Of a stretch of DNA of 64,000 nucleotides, positions 1 to 13,775 are shown one piece after another. The notes under the pieces are model-generated. The model was not told where the DNA came from and ran no database searches. It saw only the letters and a list, made by a program, of their open reading frames with translations. The stretch comes from the human T2T-CHM13v2.0 reference genome, Homo sapiens. Each line of letters opens with the position of its first letter. Position 1 is the stretch's first letter. The DNA is taken from NCBI RefSeq assembly GCF_009914755.1, contig NC_060935.1; one strand, written 5' to 3'. A program made the translations under genes and the position numbers.

Positions 1-408
1 CATAACTTCCCATTGCATATTTATTTGCAATAATGAAAAAGTAGAAACCGTGCAGATGTCCATGAAATAAAAAATGGTCAAATAAATTATAGTTGCAGTA
101 TACAAATTGTGGTATATATTTACAGTAGAATACTACTCAGCAATAAAAATTTATGTACTACTGATATATACAATTGTGCAGATGAATGTCAAAAACATTT
201 TGCTGAGCTATATGTAGAGAGAGACCCTATATATACACATATATATGTCATATATACATATAGATTCCATTTATATAATTTTCTAGGGAAATTATGATCA
301 TTCTATAGTTACAGCAGATAAGTTATTGTCTGGAGCTAAGAATGGGAATCTGACTTCAACAACACCTTAAGGAGTTTTTTGCCATGATGGAAACATTTCA
401 TATCTACT
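1..408 (+). mobile_element. Old L1 (L1ME/L1MC-like) 3' fragment
   Basis: Diverged L1 3' motifs: 'aaattgtggtatatatttacagtagaatactactcagcaataaaaa', 'gattccatttatataa', 'gatggaaacatttcatatct'. Confidence 0.7.
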
Positions 409-411
409 ATA

Positions 412-870
412 TGCCCCTCAGTTGCAATTTGTCTGATGTATTTCTTCATGATTAGATCAGGGTTAGATGGTTTTAGGAGGAAGACCACAGAGGTGAATAG
501 CCAGTCTCATCATATCATATCAAAGGTTTGTGCTATCAACATGACTTGTCATTAGTGATGTTAATCTTGATCACCTGGGTGAGCTAGTGCTTGTCATGCT
601 TTTCTACTGTAAAGTTAAACTTTTTTCTTTCTACCAAATTTTAAAAGCAAGTCATTAAGAATAGTTTCTTATAAAACATGACTCATAATTTTGTAAGCAC
701 TTCCTTACCTTTTGACATTACAAGAGGGCCCATGCACAGCTTGTATATTCCCCCTACTCTGAATTGGCCTTTTCTCAAAGTCATCTGGCTCCTTTTGTTG
801 AAAAAATAGCATTTAGAAACCAGTATCTGGGTACTGGGTGTGCTTGTTGCAACTGTGTTGTCACTTTAGC
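412..870 (-). mobile_element. L1MC-like 3' UTR fragment
   Basis: 'gaggaagaccacagaggtga...gatgttaatcttgatcacctg...tttctactgtaaagtta' and 'tttagaaaccagtatctgggtactgggtgtgct' resemble antisense L1MC3-5. Confidence 0.65.
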
Positions 871-1276
871 CTTCATTTTAAGGGACTTAAAATAATATTT
901 ATCTCTACTTTTCATGAAATTAAGTAAATGTATTCAAACTTCTTAAACTGCATATAAAAGGTAATATCTTCAATTTTATTTTTAATACTTGGTTTAAATA
1001 ACTGAAGATAATCTGAAAGGATGTGATTTTGTTTCTGGAAAGCAGAGCAAGCCTGTAAACCCCAGTAGTCTCTTCTTAATAATAGATATCTGCACCTTCT
1101 CCACCTGGTCATGCTACAGAAAGAGGGCTAACAGGAGATTAATGTGAGTGACAAACCTCTGTTGGGTACTAAGACTAGACAAGCAGAAACTGGTACCATT
1201 TCAGAAATTAGTGTCTTCACAACCAACTCCAGGAAGTTGGACTTACCAAGACCTTCCAGAAACAGGTCCTCTAGGC

Positions 1277-1606
1277 CAGCAGTCCCCCACCTTCTGGCAC
1301 CAGTTTCAAGGAAGACAAGTTATCCACAGACAAGGTTGGGGAGACAGTGATGGTTTTGAGATGATTCAAGCACATTACCTTGATCATTAGATTCTCATAA
1401 GGAGATGCAACCTAGATCCCTCACATGCACAGTTCACAGTAGGATTTGTGCTCCTGTGAGAATCTAATACCGTTGCTGATCTGACAGGAGGTGAAACTCA
1501 GCTTCACGTGATCATCCACTGTACTGCTCACTTTCTGCTATGCAGCCTGGTTTCTCACAGGCCATGGACTGGTACATGTCTGTGGCACGGGGGTTAGGGA
1601 CCCCTG
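1277..1606 (+). mobile_element. MER1B-like hAT-Charlie MITE
   Basis: Terminal inverted repeats cagcagtcccc...gggacccctg; internal 'cattagattctcataaggag...caacctagatccctcacatgcacagttcaca'; degenerate 8-bp TSD ctctaggc/ctccgggc. Confidence 0.85.
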
Positions 1607-2467
1607 CTCCGGGCTACCGGTGGTTTTTGTCCCATTCCTGAAATAGGTCAAGTACTCCATATTCCTTAATGAAAATACTGAACTAGGATATCTTTCACTT
1701 CTGATAAATGAGAGTGTGTAAAATTGATCTTGTATAGTTTTATGGTCTCAGCCTGGTTCCTGGATATTATAAAATATGACCACTATGAAATATACTTCAA
1801 AATGGAGCCCTGAGGCAACTTGACCGATGAATGAAAGCAGTCTCATCTGTTCTGTGTGATTAATGCCCTAGTGGTGTCTCCTTGCAAAGACACACAGACT
1901 TCCAAACAAATGCTCAGTCTGATACCCTGTTAGAAGAATGTCAAGCTAAACCAGTACATTTGGATCACTTCCTCTACCCCAGGGATTTTATAAACAGCTG
2001 TCACTTCAACTTTGATACAACTTTCTTGTTTCTTATCATAAAGGGACTCCACCTGATATTTACTTGAAATATAAAACCTGTCATCACTGGGTTTATGAGT
2101 AAGCAGGCTCACTCTTCTGGTTCATTTTTGAGATTTATTTGTAGGCAGTATTTATCACAAATGAAGAACACTTCAACTTTTAACTGACCAGGGAATTGCT
2201 TAACTTTATTTTTTTTATTATCTCTAGCAGTCGTTTTTACAACTATGTCATTTGAGAATTATTACAAATGTAATGCTTTTAAATAATAGTTTTTCTATTA
2301 CGTTTTGAAAAGCTCCCTAAATCATTCTAATGAACAAATTGAGTAGTAAAATAATCTCCTTCTCCATTCCCGGGGAACACTGGAGTATATTTAAACTTTG
2401 CAGATTTTTGACATGGTAAAGGCAGAGGTTCAGAAAAGTGATCTTAAATCACAGGCACAAGTGAACA

Positions 2468-2625
2468 ATAAATATTAGAGCTAACACTTGATATACCCTT
2501 TTTGTGGCACTATTCTGAGCATTTTATATCAATTATCTCATTTAAGCCATTCAATAACCATATGAGGTGTTATATACTTTTTATTAGTATGGAGGCAACT
2601 GAATCACATGCAAAATTACACAGCC
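2468..2625 (-). mobile_element. MIR fragment
   Basis: 'ggcactattctgagcatttta...atctcatttaa...aataaccatatgaggt...gaggcaactga'. Confidence 0.55.
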
Positions 2626-4057
2626 AAATCAGTATTAATAATCAGGCATCTAGTTAAAAACTTCATCCGTTATCCAGATAAGTTCAATATAGGACAGATC
2701 CTGTTCTCTTTGTTCACAAGCCCAGCTCACCAGCTCCTCCCTATCCCATGTCCTCTCTGGGAACGTTGAGAAGGCACATAAATTGTGCACAAGAGAATAT
2801 AGCCACTTAACACATCTCTGATGCCAGGTGTTGTAGATGGGTGTTAGATAATCCCAGGGTAGACTGACTTTGCAGAGAATCTCCCTGAGTGTCACAGAGA
2901 TCTCCTCACCCTGAGGGACATAAGTAGTTTTGCTGAACATTTGTAGCCTTTTATAGTCATTTTTCCTTAACAGGAGGAGGCAGATAATCATGAGAAGCAG
3001 CACCACTGGTATATTCACGGAGAGGACACATTAGCAGCCTGTGTGTTTCATAGTTTCTATAAACCTGTGTATTCAAGGAGATAGGCATTACGAATAAAAT
3101 CTCTGTTCAGATCATCTCAGAATCCAAGTAGCATGTTAATATCTGTGAATTTTAGCAACATAACTATTACTAAAAGTTCTGGAGATGCTGATAATTCCTT
3201 TTTGCTGATAATTACTTTGTCCATATTAACAGGTCAGGGAGCATCAAGTGCATGAGTTATTACCATCTTCTAATATGTTCCTGATACAAATGGAGTAGCT
3301 GGTGTCTGAAGCACAGGCTCTGGCAAAGTGCCCTGAGATTGGGCCCTCAGTCTTCTTTCCCTAACAGTCAGGGGTGGATCTGATTACTAGATTTCCCACC
3401 ATATGCCATGTACCACAACATCTTCATCTATGTGGGACCTTGGGATGATTCTTAAATGAAATTTATATAAAGTCAATTTTAAGGCATGTGGGAAATTGTC
3501 TTTCACTTCACTATGATTTTCATTGTTTTCTTTAAATCAATAGACTATTTCAGAGAATCAAGAAAAATAATATGACAGTGGAAGCAATTTAGCCCATGTT
3601 ATTATTTTGCCACATTTGTTTCAGAGTTCACAACTGCATCATACGAGAAGCAAAACATTTGTTATAAAAACTCCCATTTATTTATATCTTACTTTCTTTA
3701 AAACTTGCTTTCTCTATGTATGTTACCAGAGATATCGAGTTACTGTAAACATCCCTATGCCTTCTATTTTAAAGTGTGTATGACAAACACTATAGGATTT
3801 TGTATCTGTCTTAGGATGTCTGTAGAGAGCTGTATAGCGTGGCATCTCTTTTAGCTCTTCTTTTAATGAGAATCCAGTTACTCTGATTGTCCAGAGAGCA
3901 CAGTGCCAAAATTGTACATGTGATAAAAGGCATGCAATGTGCCCACCTCAATGACATTCCCCACAGCAGAAAACTGTTCATTTTCATGGCCTTTAGGACA
4001 TTATGAGAGACAGAAAAGCAATAGTGTCCAAACCCAAACATATTTTGTGAAATGGTG

Positions 4058-4649
4058 TCTGGGTTAGCATTCTATTGCTGCACAGAAAATTACTACAAAA
4101 TTAGTGGCTTAAAGCAATACACATTTATTATCTCACAGTCTCTGCGGGTCAGAAATCTGGGTAACTTAGCTAGATGTTCTATAACTATCTCAACATGCTG
4201 TACTCAAGGTGTTAGCCAAGCTATGAAACTAGAAATGAGAAAGGAAAAATCTGCTCCAAGCTCATTCAGATCATTGGCAGAATTCATTTTCTTGTGATTG
4301 TATGAGTGAGGTCCTCAGTTCCTCAGCCTCCAGTTTCCTGCCACATGGCACTGTCCATTGGTGGTTTATTTCATGGCTGTTCATTTCTTTAAAGCTAATC
4401 AGAGAATCCTTCTCTTCTGTCTGCTAAGATGGGAATCTTATACAGTGTCATGTCGTCATGAAAGTGACATCCAATTGCCTTTGGCATATAATGCTAATCC
4501 AGAAAGTGACATTTCATTACCTTTGCCATGTTCAAGTTATTAGATACAAAGCATAGGCTTCACCCATACCCAACGGGAGGAAATAATAATAGGGCATAGC
4601 ACTAGTGGCTGGTGATCATAGAGACCATTTTAGAATTCTGCCTACCATG
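4058..4649 (-). mobile_element. MLT1E/F-like MaLR solo LTR
   Basis: 'tctattgctgc...ttagtggcttaaagcaatacacatttattatctcacagt' at one end and 'ccattttagaattctgcctacca' at the other. Confidence 0.75.
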
Positions 4650-4788
4650 TTGCCTATCATAGTCTGAAAAGACTAAACCCATTATTTTAAAGGAAAGAAA
4701 TATGCAAAAAGAGGATTTTTCTTGTTCAAAGTAAGAGCTAATAACTTGCAAAGCAGAGACAAGAACTTGCACCTGTCTATCTCCTAGT

Positions 4789-5016
4789 CCATGGTGTGTC
4801 AAATTTTGTTTTTCATAAAGGGCCAGGTAGTAGGTATCTTATACTTGAAAGGCCATCCAGTCTCTGTCACAGCTGTTCAACTCTGCCATTGTGAAGAGAA
4901 ATCAGCTCAAGACATTAATGGGAGTAAATGGATGTGGCTGTATTCTAAGAAAACTTTATTTTCAAAAACAGGTGGCAGGCCTATTTGTACTGCAGGCCAA
5001 AACTTGACAGGTCCTC
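4789..5016 (+). mobile_element. MER58A hAT-Charlie MITE
   Basis: 'taaagggccaggtagta...tctctgtcacagctgttcaactctgccattgt...tgtggctgtattctaagaaaactttatt...aaaaacaggtggcaggcc'. Confidence 0.8.
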
Positions 5017-5884
5017 TCCTAATCCAGTGATCTTCTTTTTCAACAGCATGCATTTGTATGTGAGTGCCAGTGTGGGTCATCGCAGCTTGCATCCATTTCA
5101 AGTCTTCATCTAACATACAGAAGGTAATTCAGCTAAATTTTTTTTCTTACATCTGCTCCCCTAAGTGGTGTCTCAGCAATTTCAGATGTCCTGCCCCGGA
5201 GATGCCTGCTATCAAACTTGAGAACAATTTATTTAGATATACTCCTAACAAACACTGGACAATTCACAGCCCAGTTCACAGCCCAGTTGGTTATACAACT
5301 GAGAAAGCTAAGTGTCAATGAAGCTAAAAACCTTCCCAAGATCACATGCCTAGTAAGTGGGGGGATTCAAGACTGTAGTATAAGCCTATTTGACTCCAAA
5401 ACATATTACTTTGCCAATTATTCTCGCATGGCCAAATAGAAATGAGTCACAAGGATGTTGTGAAGGTAAGAATATCATTGGTTGAGAAAGGTCTGTCTCA
5501 CTTCTTATTGGAACGTAAGAATCTGGAAGAGAAGGAGTTTTTAAGGTTTGAGGTCAGAGTCATGAAATAGTCACCCAGTAGGCTGGAAAAAAAGAATGTG
5601 TTATATTAGAAAAGCAGAATCTCTGGACAGCACCAGTGGCATATTTGAGGTCAAATGTCATGAATTTGATGAGATCCTTCCTCAATTTGATGAGTTTTTT
5701 CTTAATCAAGTCCAGGTATACTAATGAGGTGGAAATAAGCTGAGAGTTGAATTTGACAAGAACTGGTATTTCCCAAGTAAGCAAAAGGAAGGGACTTGTG
5801 GGTGTACATAAGGCATTGATAATAGAGGACCAAGGGATTTAATCAGAGATAGAATCAGGAGATATAAGCACATATATTATTATG

Positions 5885-6050
5885 ATTGGATTTTACCACA
5901 TGCTAGCCGTGTAACCTTGGAAAAATCATGTGGAATCTTGAATCTTCCTTCTGTTTCTTTATTTTTAAAACATCAGTGAAAAAGAATCTTGCTTTGCTAG
6001 AGTGGTTGTGAATATTAAATGAGGTAATTTCTGTGCAGGTACTTTAAAAG
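5885..6050 (+). mobile_element. MIR fragment
   Basis: 'gctagccgtgtaaccttggaaaa...ggttgtgaatattaaatgaggtaat'. Confidence 0.55.
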
Positions 6051-6469
6051 TATATGAAATCCAGGAAATAGTGGATTTCATTTGGGAATGTGGGAGATTA
6101 ATTGAAGTTGATACATGTATGAGAATTCTATTTCTTCAGGTATAACCAGCTAGTGGGTCCAAAGAAGAACTTCATGTCTGCAGTTTCTCAAATCTCCCTG
6201 ACCCCTCTCCACTTGCCAAAGCACCTGGTGCTTCCTCATCCCATGCCTACACACATGAGCTGTCTCATATGTAATCAAAAATAAATCCTTCTTTTATAAA
6301 ACACTGTGATGGAAACTAGAATTCTTCTAGGATCTTTTTGGTGCTCTTAGAGTCCAAAGCCCAGTTTTGAGACTTGGCTGGTTTTAACTTCCCTCAGCAG
6401 TCTCGGCATTAGCTTCTCTAATGCCCTACAAACAACCAGAATTGTGCCATCACAAGAATTTAGAAAGAT

Positions 6470-7295
6470 GTACTAGAATAGGCTAAATTACAGCCACCCA
6501 CAAAGGCATCCATGCCCTAATCTCTGGAATAATAGAATAAGTTGCTTGACATGGTGACATGATTTGTCTTTGTGTCCCCACCTAAATCTCACCTTGAATT
6601 GTAATAATCCCCAGGTGTCATGGGAGGGACCCAATGAGAGGTAGTTGAATTGTGGGGACGGGTTTTTCCCTTGCTGTTCTCGTGATAGTGAGTAAGTCTC
6701 ATGAGCTCTGATGGTTCTATAAAAGGAAATTTCCCTGCACATGTCCTCTTGTCTGCCACCATGTAAGATGTGACTTTGCTCCTCCTTTGCCTTCTGCCAT
6801 GATTGTGAGGCCTCCCAGCCATGTGGAACTGTGAGTCAATTAAACCTCTTTCATTTATAAATTACCTAGCCTTGGGTATGTCTTTATTTGCAGCTTGAGA
6901 ACAGACTAATACACATGGTAAATGGAACTTGGCATATGTGATTAAGTTAAAGATATTTAGGTGGGAGATTATGCTAGATTACCTGGATGGACCCAGTGTA
7001 ATCACAAATGTCCTTAAAAACGGGAGGCAGGAGAATCAGAGGAAAGAGAAAGAAAGAGAAGACAGAAGCAGAGACTGGAGTGATTCAGGAGCCAAGAAAT
7101 GCCAGTACCCTTTTACAAGCTAGAGGAGGCAAGGAATAGATTTTTCACTGGTGTCACTAGAAAGGACCAGCCCTGACAACACTTTATTTAGCTCACTGAT
7201 ACTGATTTTGAATTTATGACTTCCAGAATTGTAAGACTGTTGTTTTAAGTCATTAAGTTTGTAATAATTTTTTACAGTGCCAATAGGAAACAAAA
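6470..7295 (+). mobile_element. MLT1D-like MaLR LTR interrupted by THE1
   Basis: 'atccatgccctaatctctggaa', 'gtgattaagttaaagat...gggagattat...gtaatcacaaatgtcctta', 'gacttccagaattgtaaga'. Confidence 0.8.
6555..6913 (+). mobile_element. THE1B/C solo LTR
   Basis: TG...CA termini, 'tgtgtccccacctaaatctcaccttgaattgtaataatccc...agactaataca'; exact 5-bp TSD catgg (6550-6554, 6914-6918). Confidence 0.93.
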
Positions 7296-7904
7296 AACAT
7301 ATATCCAGTGGGCATAGTCTAAATTCTCTGTGGCTACACTACACCGAGTACAGGGATGTGTCAGGGCTGTCACATCATTTCTGGAAACTCATCTGTACTT
7401 TTCTTTGAAATGCAGATTAGACACCACGGGCCATAATTCTACCTCTCTCCGTCTCTTGTCCTGTGGTGTCCCTTTGCAAATACACAGTGATAGCCCAATT
7501 TCCCTCCATTCATTGACTTGCAAAAATCGTCTGTCTGCTGTAGACAGAAACAATCTTCCATTCTTCTGTCTTATGGAGTAATAGCCAAAAAATCCAACAA
7601 AGCCTCAGTACTGCCTTTCTCCCCCAAACCTACCCTCCTTCACTCAAGTTTCCCTGGCCAGTTTTCTCTCCTCTTACTTTTATAGCTGCTATTTAACAAT
7701 TTTTCCCTTTGCTCAAACGTCCATTTCCAAGAGCTCTTTCTCATTTTTTCCTACTGTTAGTTTAAAAACATGTTCTTATCTGCCTCCTCTAAGTAAGCTG
7801 TACTTGACATTTCAGTGTCCCCAGTTATTATTTATTTTGCCTTTTATTCCTAAAGTTCCCAGATGAATTGCCTACATACATAAATTCCTTCTATTTCCTC
7901 ACTG

Positions 7905-8208
<304 letters not shown>

Positions 8209-8354
8209 TCTGTTTACTCTTAATCAAATTCTTAGGAACCTGCTTTGTAGTCCTGAACTTAACAGAAACTTGTTGTCACTCAAACTGAATGATACTTCCA
8301 CAGTCTCCATCCTCCTCTTGAACCTCCTTTGAGCATCATCTTCCCCTCCAGGAA

Positions 8355-8535
8355 ATGTGGGATGGAGATTAAGAGCATGGACTCTAGATTTATATAGACC
8401 CGAATTGAAATTTCATCTCCACATTTAACATTTATGAGCCTCTGTCTCGTCATTTAGATAAGGATGGTAACTTTCATCTCACATAGAATTGCTGTGAGAA
8501 TTAACTGAGATGTGTATATCAAGTGCTCAATAGTA
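8355..8535 (+). mobile_element. MIR
   Basis: 'ttaagagcatggactctaga...ttgctgtgagaattaactgaga'. Confidence 0.65.
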
Positions 8536-8749
8536 CTGTGAGAATCAGTTGGGATACTGCAGATCAGGTGTTCAAACCACTTTTTGTTATCCTGACCTCA
8601 TTTTCTTTGCATCGTTTTCCTTTGTGGGCTTCACTGATATTGCTGAACTTTGTACTTCCAACTGACTCACTAACAAGTATTTTACTCTCCTAATTCCCCC
8701 TGGCATTATCTATTGACCACTTTCTGTAAATGAGCCTTGCCCCAAGCTT

Positions 8750-8930
8750 TGTACAAGTTTGTGTGGTCTCACAACAACCCTGGAAGTAGATATTATTACA
8801 GTCATCATTTCACAAATGGACACATGATAGAAAGGATAGGCTACTGAACATAGACACCTCCCTAGCCAGTGCCAGAACCAGCATTCAGATACAGGCATTT
8901 TGCATCAAGACTCCCTAACTTTTATACTAC
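8750..8930 (-). mobile_element. MIR
   Basis: 'ctcacaacaaccctggaagtagatattatta...catttcacaaatg'. Confidence 0.6.
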
Positions 8931-9664
8931 TCCTTTGCTCTGAAATTCTGTGTATTTCCAGGGCTCTTTCTTTTACTCTTTTTCCGTAAGCTAACTTACT
9001 TCCTTCTCTTAGCTCATCTACTCACAGATGTTTGTTATCTAGGTAGACATATCCAAAATCTCAATCTCCAGCCACAGTTTCACGGAACTCAATGTCCTAA
9101 GATTTCATTCCACAACAAAAGAGCTCCAAGAATACTTGAGACCTTTTCCTTCAGTGTCCTGTTAGCCCACTCGTCCCCTCAATTAGACAATTAGCTACTG
9201 CCTCAAGCTTATGAAAGACATAATTGCCTCTTAAATTCAGTCCCAATTCCCTACTAATTTTTCTTTTTTTCACTGATAGCACCAGTTTATCATGTCCTTC
9301 TGCCTCTGCAATTTTGCTCTTGCCTATTTTTTTCTGACCTCAATGCCCCTCATCCCACCACCCTTGCTCCGGGCTGTCTTCTAATTGACTCTCAGATTTT
9401 TCACAGGCCCACTGTCCTGACTCTACAGGCCACCTGTCACCCTTGCCCTAAAATTTTCATTTTCTAGCCATCACAACAGCCTTATTTCCTCATTTTATAA
9501 GGTCAGTTGTTGATTATCACCGTTGTGATGTTTGTAAACAGTACATCTGCTTCTGGATACAACTTGTGAGCCATGAGTTTACAAACATTAGATTATAAAC
9601 CTGTAGCTAGAGCTGGAAGGAGAAAGATTTTGAGAAAAAGGAGTGCCACAATAATAATAGCAAA

Positions 9665-10872
9665 TGAGATCTATTTACTTATATCACTATTTAAAAAATA
9701 TGTATTGAATGCCTACCATAAGCCAGATACTAGTTGTTGGGATAAAGCAGTGGAAAGAATTACACAAAATTCCTATCCTCATGGAAGTGTTACCCTAGAT
9801 TGTAAAGAAAGATAAAACAAAAAAGTCACAGTTTTGTCACATGGAATTAATGATAGGCAGTCTAAATTATGTAAGAAAAATATGGAGTGAATCTTTAAAC
9901 ATGTTACTGCTATTTTCTCTAGGCTGGTCAAAGAAGACATCTCTAATAATGTGGTATTTAAACAGAGACCTGAAGGAGCTAAGCTAGCAAATATATGGGG
10001 ATGAGTACCTCTCCTGCTGCCGAAAGGCAGGTTGCTGCTTTAGAATTAAACTCTCCAATAAAGAGTCCCCAGCTACATGTGACTATTTACAGTTAAATTA
10101 ATTAAAATTAAAATTTAGTTGCTTACTGACAGTATACACATTTTATGTACAAAATAGTTACATGTGATTAGTATCAGTTGCATTGGGCAGTGCATTTCCA
10201 TCATTGCAGAAAATTCTACTGGACATTGATGGTTCCAAGCAATAACAATGCGTCCAGTTATGCTGACGCAAAATGAGTTAGATGGAGTGTGGCAGACAAT
10301 GAGGCCAGAAAAATAGTGAACTGAAAGATTACAATGTCTTGTAGATCCTACTAAAGACTTTATATTTTATCCTATAGGACATGAAGAAAATTTTCTCAGA
10401 AGTGTAACATAATCTGCTTCTTATTACGAAGGATCTCTCTAACTGCTGCCTAAAAAAAATTATCTCTAAAGGAGCAAGGATGAAAACAGGGAGAATATTA
10501 GGAAAACTATTAAAATTGTCTAGGGTAGAGGTGATGGTTGCTGAGACGAAAGTGGCAGTAGTGGACATGAGGGAATACTGGTTATGTTCTAGAAAGTACT
10601 TAAACCACAATAATTATATTTTATTATGGTTTGGATGTGGTGTGTAAGGGAAATAAATAATCAGGAAACAACCCAAGATTTTTGGCTTGAGAAACAGAAA
10701 AATAATCAGGTTTCATTTTTGAATTGAATCATGAGTAGACAATTGAAGGAGATGTACATTTATTTTTTATTGCTATTTAGTTTTTGCATTTGGAGTTCAG
10801 AAACTCACAAATTTGGTTTTGGCATATTTGGCTTAAGATACACATAAAATATTTCAGTAAATAAGTCAAGCA
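9665..10872 (-). mobile_element. L2 fragment (interrupted by a MER33-like element)
   Basis: L2 3' end antisense 'tatgtattgaatgcctaccataagccagatact'; later 'gatctctctaactgctg', 'acccaagatttttggcttgagaaac'. Confidence 0.7.
10046..10228. mobile_element. MER33/MER3-like hAT MITE
   Basis: 'agctacatgtgactattta...aaattaattaaaattaaaatttagtt', 'catttccatcattgcagaaaattctactggaca'. Confidence 0.75.
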
Positions 10873-10873
10873 G

Positions 10874-13775
10874 TGGAGATGACATCAGTAAGATGATAGA
10901 ATATGAGTTTTCAACCCTCATTCCCTTGTTCTTTCACAGAAAAAACACTGATTTTGACAACCACGCATAGATGAGAGTACGTTTTGGGAGGCCAGGAGTC
11001 CAGTGGTAAGGTCCCAGCATACCACTGGAGCAAAACATCTGAGAATACACACGTTAAAGAAGGTAATAACTTTCACTTTACTCACATTATCACTACCTCA
11101 AGGTGGAGAAATCCCCCTGGGCACTTGATTTTTCCCATGGCAGAGAGTGAGAGTGTAGTGGGCACTTGTCTCCCCAGCAGTTAGGACACTGCCTAAGAGT
11201 CCCATTACTTTCCCACCCCATGCAGAACACTGAGGAGATCTGTGTGGCTGGATAGTGTACAGGCAGGTAGGAGCAGGAAAACAGGACAGGAGCTCATAGC
11301 AACAGGGATATGGAACTCAACAAAATTCCACAGTTTCTACTAACTGCTTGTCAGACTCCACCAAGAGGTCCATGCCTGATCTGAGTAGGATGCATAACTT
11401 GTAGATGCCCACTACTTAGCCCATGCATGCTCCCAACATGATGCACATCCCTCCCTTCCCTGTGGCCTGTGCTCCACTTGTGCCTCCACTAATGGCACTG
11501 TAAAACTTTGCAGATTGTACATGAGGTCACAAGGACAGGGAGCTCAACACTGTTGGATTGGGAGAAGGTGCTTAACCTTGAGCACGTCAAGGCACTACCC
11601 TAGGGAAAATAAACTCAATGCTCTTAAAATCCGACTTGGCTTTTTGGGATCAAGAGCAAAGATACAGTCTTAAGACTTAGTACTGCCAACAAGGAGCAAA
11701 CAGAATGCAGGGGTTACATTGACATAAAATGTCTGAGGTGCCCCTAGAATCCTTAGCCAGACTGACTCACAGTTTTGTCAGATGGAATTAATGATATGAG
11801 GTGAAGGTCTTTATCTTCTGAAGGTATTCAGTAAAGACTGGAGGAGGAGGTAACTTCTTCAAATGTCAAGACAGTAATCCAAGACTTCAGAGAACACAAA
11901 TGACATCACAAAGAGAACACAATAATTTTTCAGTAACAGATCTCAATGAAATTGGAATATATGAATTACCTAACAGAGAATTCAAAATAATTGTTTTAAG
12001 GAAGCTTACCACAGTACAAGAAACAATACAATTCAAGAAAGAGATAGAGGTCATAAAAAGAACCAAACAGAAGTTCTGGAACAGAATGCAATGAATGAAA
12101 TGAAAAACAGAATCCAATGAATGAAATGAAAAAATGCAACAGAGATCTTCAACAGTGCACTTGATCAAACAGAAGAAACCGTGAACTCAAAGACAGATCC
12201 TTTAAAATCAGTCAGTCAAAGGAGAAAAAAACGAAATAAAAAAAGAGTGAATAATGCCTGTAAAATTTATAAAACACCATCAACCAAAACAATATGCAAA
12301 TCATGGGAATCCTAGAAGAAGAGAGCGAAAGAAATGGAAAGCTTAATTAAAAAAAAATATCTGAAATATTCCTCCCAAATCTTGAGAGGGATATGAACAT
12401 CAAGCTTCATGAAGTTCTAAAGTCCTCAACTAAGTTCAACCCAAAGAAGATTACACCGAGACACATTTAAATCAAATTTTCAAATGTCAAAGACAGAGGA
12501 AGAATTTTGAAAGGAACAAGAGAAAAGCAACTTACATACAAAGAACCATCACCCCCAATAAGGCTATATTTGCAAAAACTATGAAGGCCAGTAGAATCAT
12601 ATATTCATTGTGCTTAAAAAAATAAATAAATAACTTCTAACCAAGAATACTATACCTGGCAAAGCCATCCTTTAAGAATGAATGAAGGGGAGACATATAC
12701 TTTCTCAAAGTATATATCTGAGGGAAATAACCTAGACTTCCCTCACAAGAAATGCTAAAGGGAGTTCTTCAAATTGAAATGAAAATACTCTAACTAGTAA
12801 CATGAAAATAGTTCAAAATATAAAGCTCAATGGTAAAAGTAAATATATTGTCATATTCAGAATACTCTAACACTAAAATAAGGATGTAAAAATTACTTTA
12901 AACTCTAATATAAAATTTAAATTATAAATGTGATAAAAAGCAATCATAACTGCAAAAGTGTTAATGGACATACAATATAAAATGTTGCTATTGGGACATC
13001 AATAATGGAAAATGTGAGGTGGAGGAGAGAAGTAAATGTGTCGGGTTTCTGTATGCAGTTGAAGTTCAGTCATTATCAGCTGTAATTAGACTGATATAAG
13101 ATTATGTTTGTGAGTCTGACAGTAATCATAAAGAAAAACCTCTAGTAGATACACAAAAGATAAATGTAATAAAATCAAAGCATACCACTACAAAAAATTA
13201 TTAGATCACAAAGGAAGACAACAAGACAGAAAGGAGCTACAGAACAGTGGGAAAACAATTAACAAAGTGGCAATAGTAAGTCCTTTCATAGTGACAATTA
13301 CATTAAATTATATGAATTAAATTATCCAATTAAAGTACATAGAGTATCTGAATGAATTAAAAACAAAGAACCAACAATGTGTCCTTAAAAGAGACTCTTT
13401 TTAGCTTAAGGATACACATAGGCTGAAAGTGAAGGGAAGAAAAAAGAAACCTCATGAAAATGAAAACCACAACAAACACAGAGTAGCTACATTTACGTCA
13501 GACAAAATAGACTTAAGTAAATACTATAACAAGAAACAAAGTTATTATATAGTTATAAAGGGGTCAATTCATCAAGAAGATATAACAATTATAAACATAT
13601 ATGCATCCACCATTGGAGCACCTAAGTATATTAAGCAAATATCAAATAGAACTGAAAGGAGAAATAGCAAAATAAAAATATTAGGGGACTTCAATACCCC
13701 ACTTTCAACAATGGATAAGTTATCCAAACATCAATTTAATAAGGAAACTGTGGACTTAAATATAAATGTAGGAAA
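10874..13775 (+). mobile_element. Old L1 (L1MA/L1M-type): 5' UTR, decayed ORF1 and start of ORF2 endonuclease; 3' part absent
   Basis: Starts 'gatgacatcagtaagatg'. ORF 11900-12094 (ELPNREFKIIVLRKL) is ORF1p-like. ORF 13429-13779 (IKGSIHQEDITIINIYA...GAPKYIKQ...GDFNTPLSTMD) is L1 APE endonuclease. Confidence 0.9.

Noticed and set aside
2650-3018. 122-aa minus-strand ORF with a hydrophobic N-terminus
   Set aside because: Non-ATG start, no recognisable homology or exon structure; this length is expected by chance in 64 kb.
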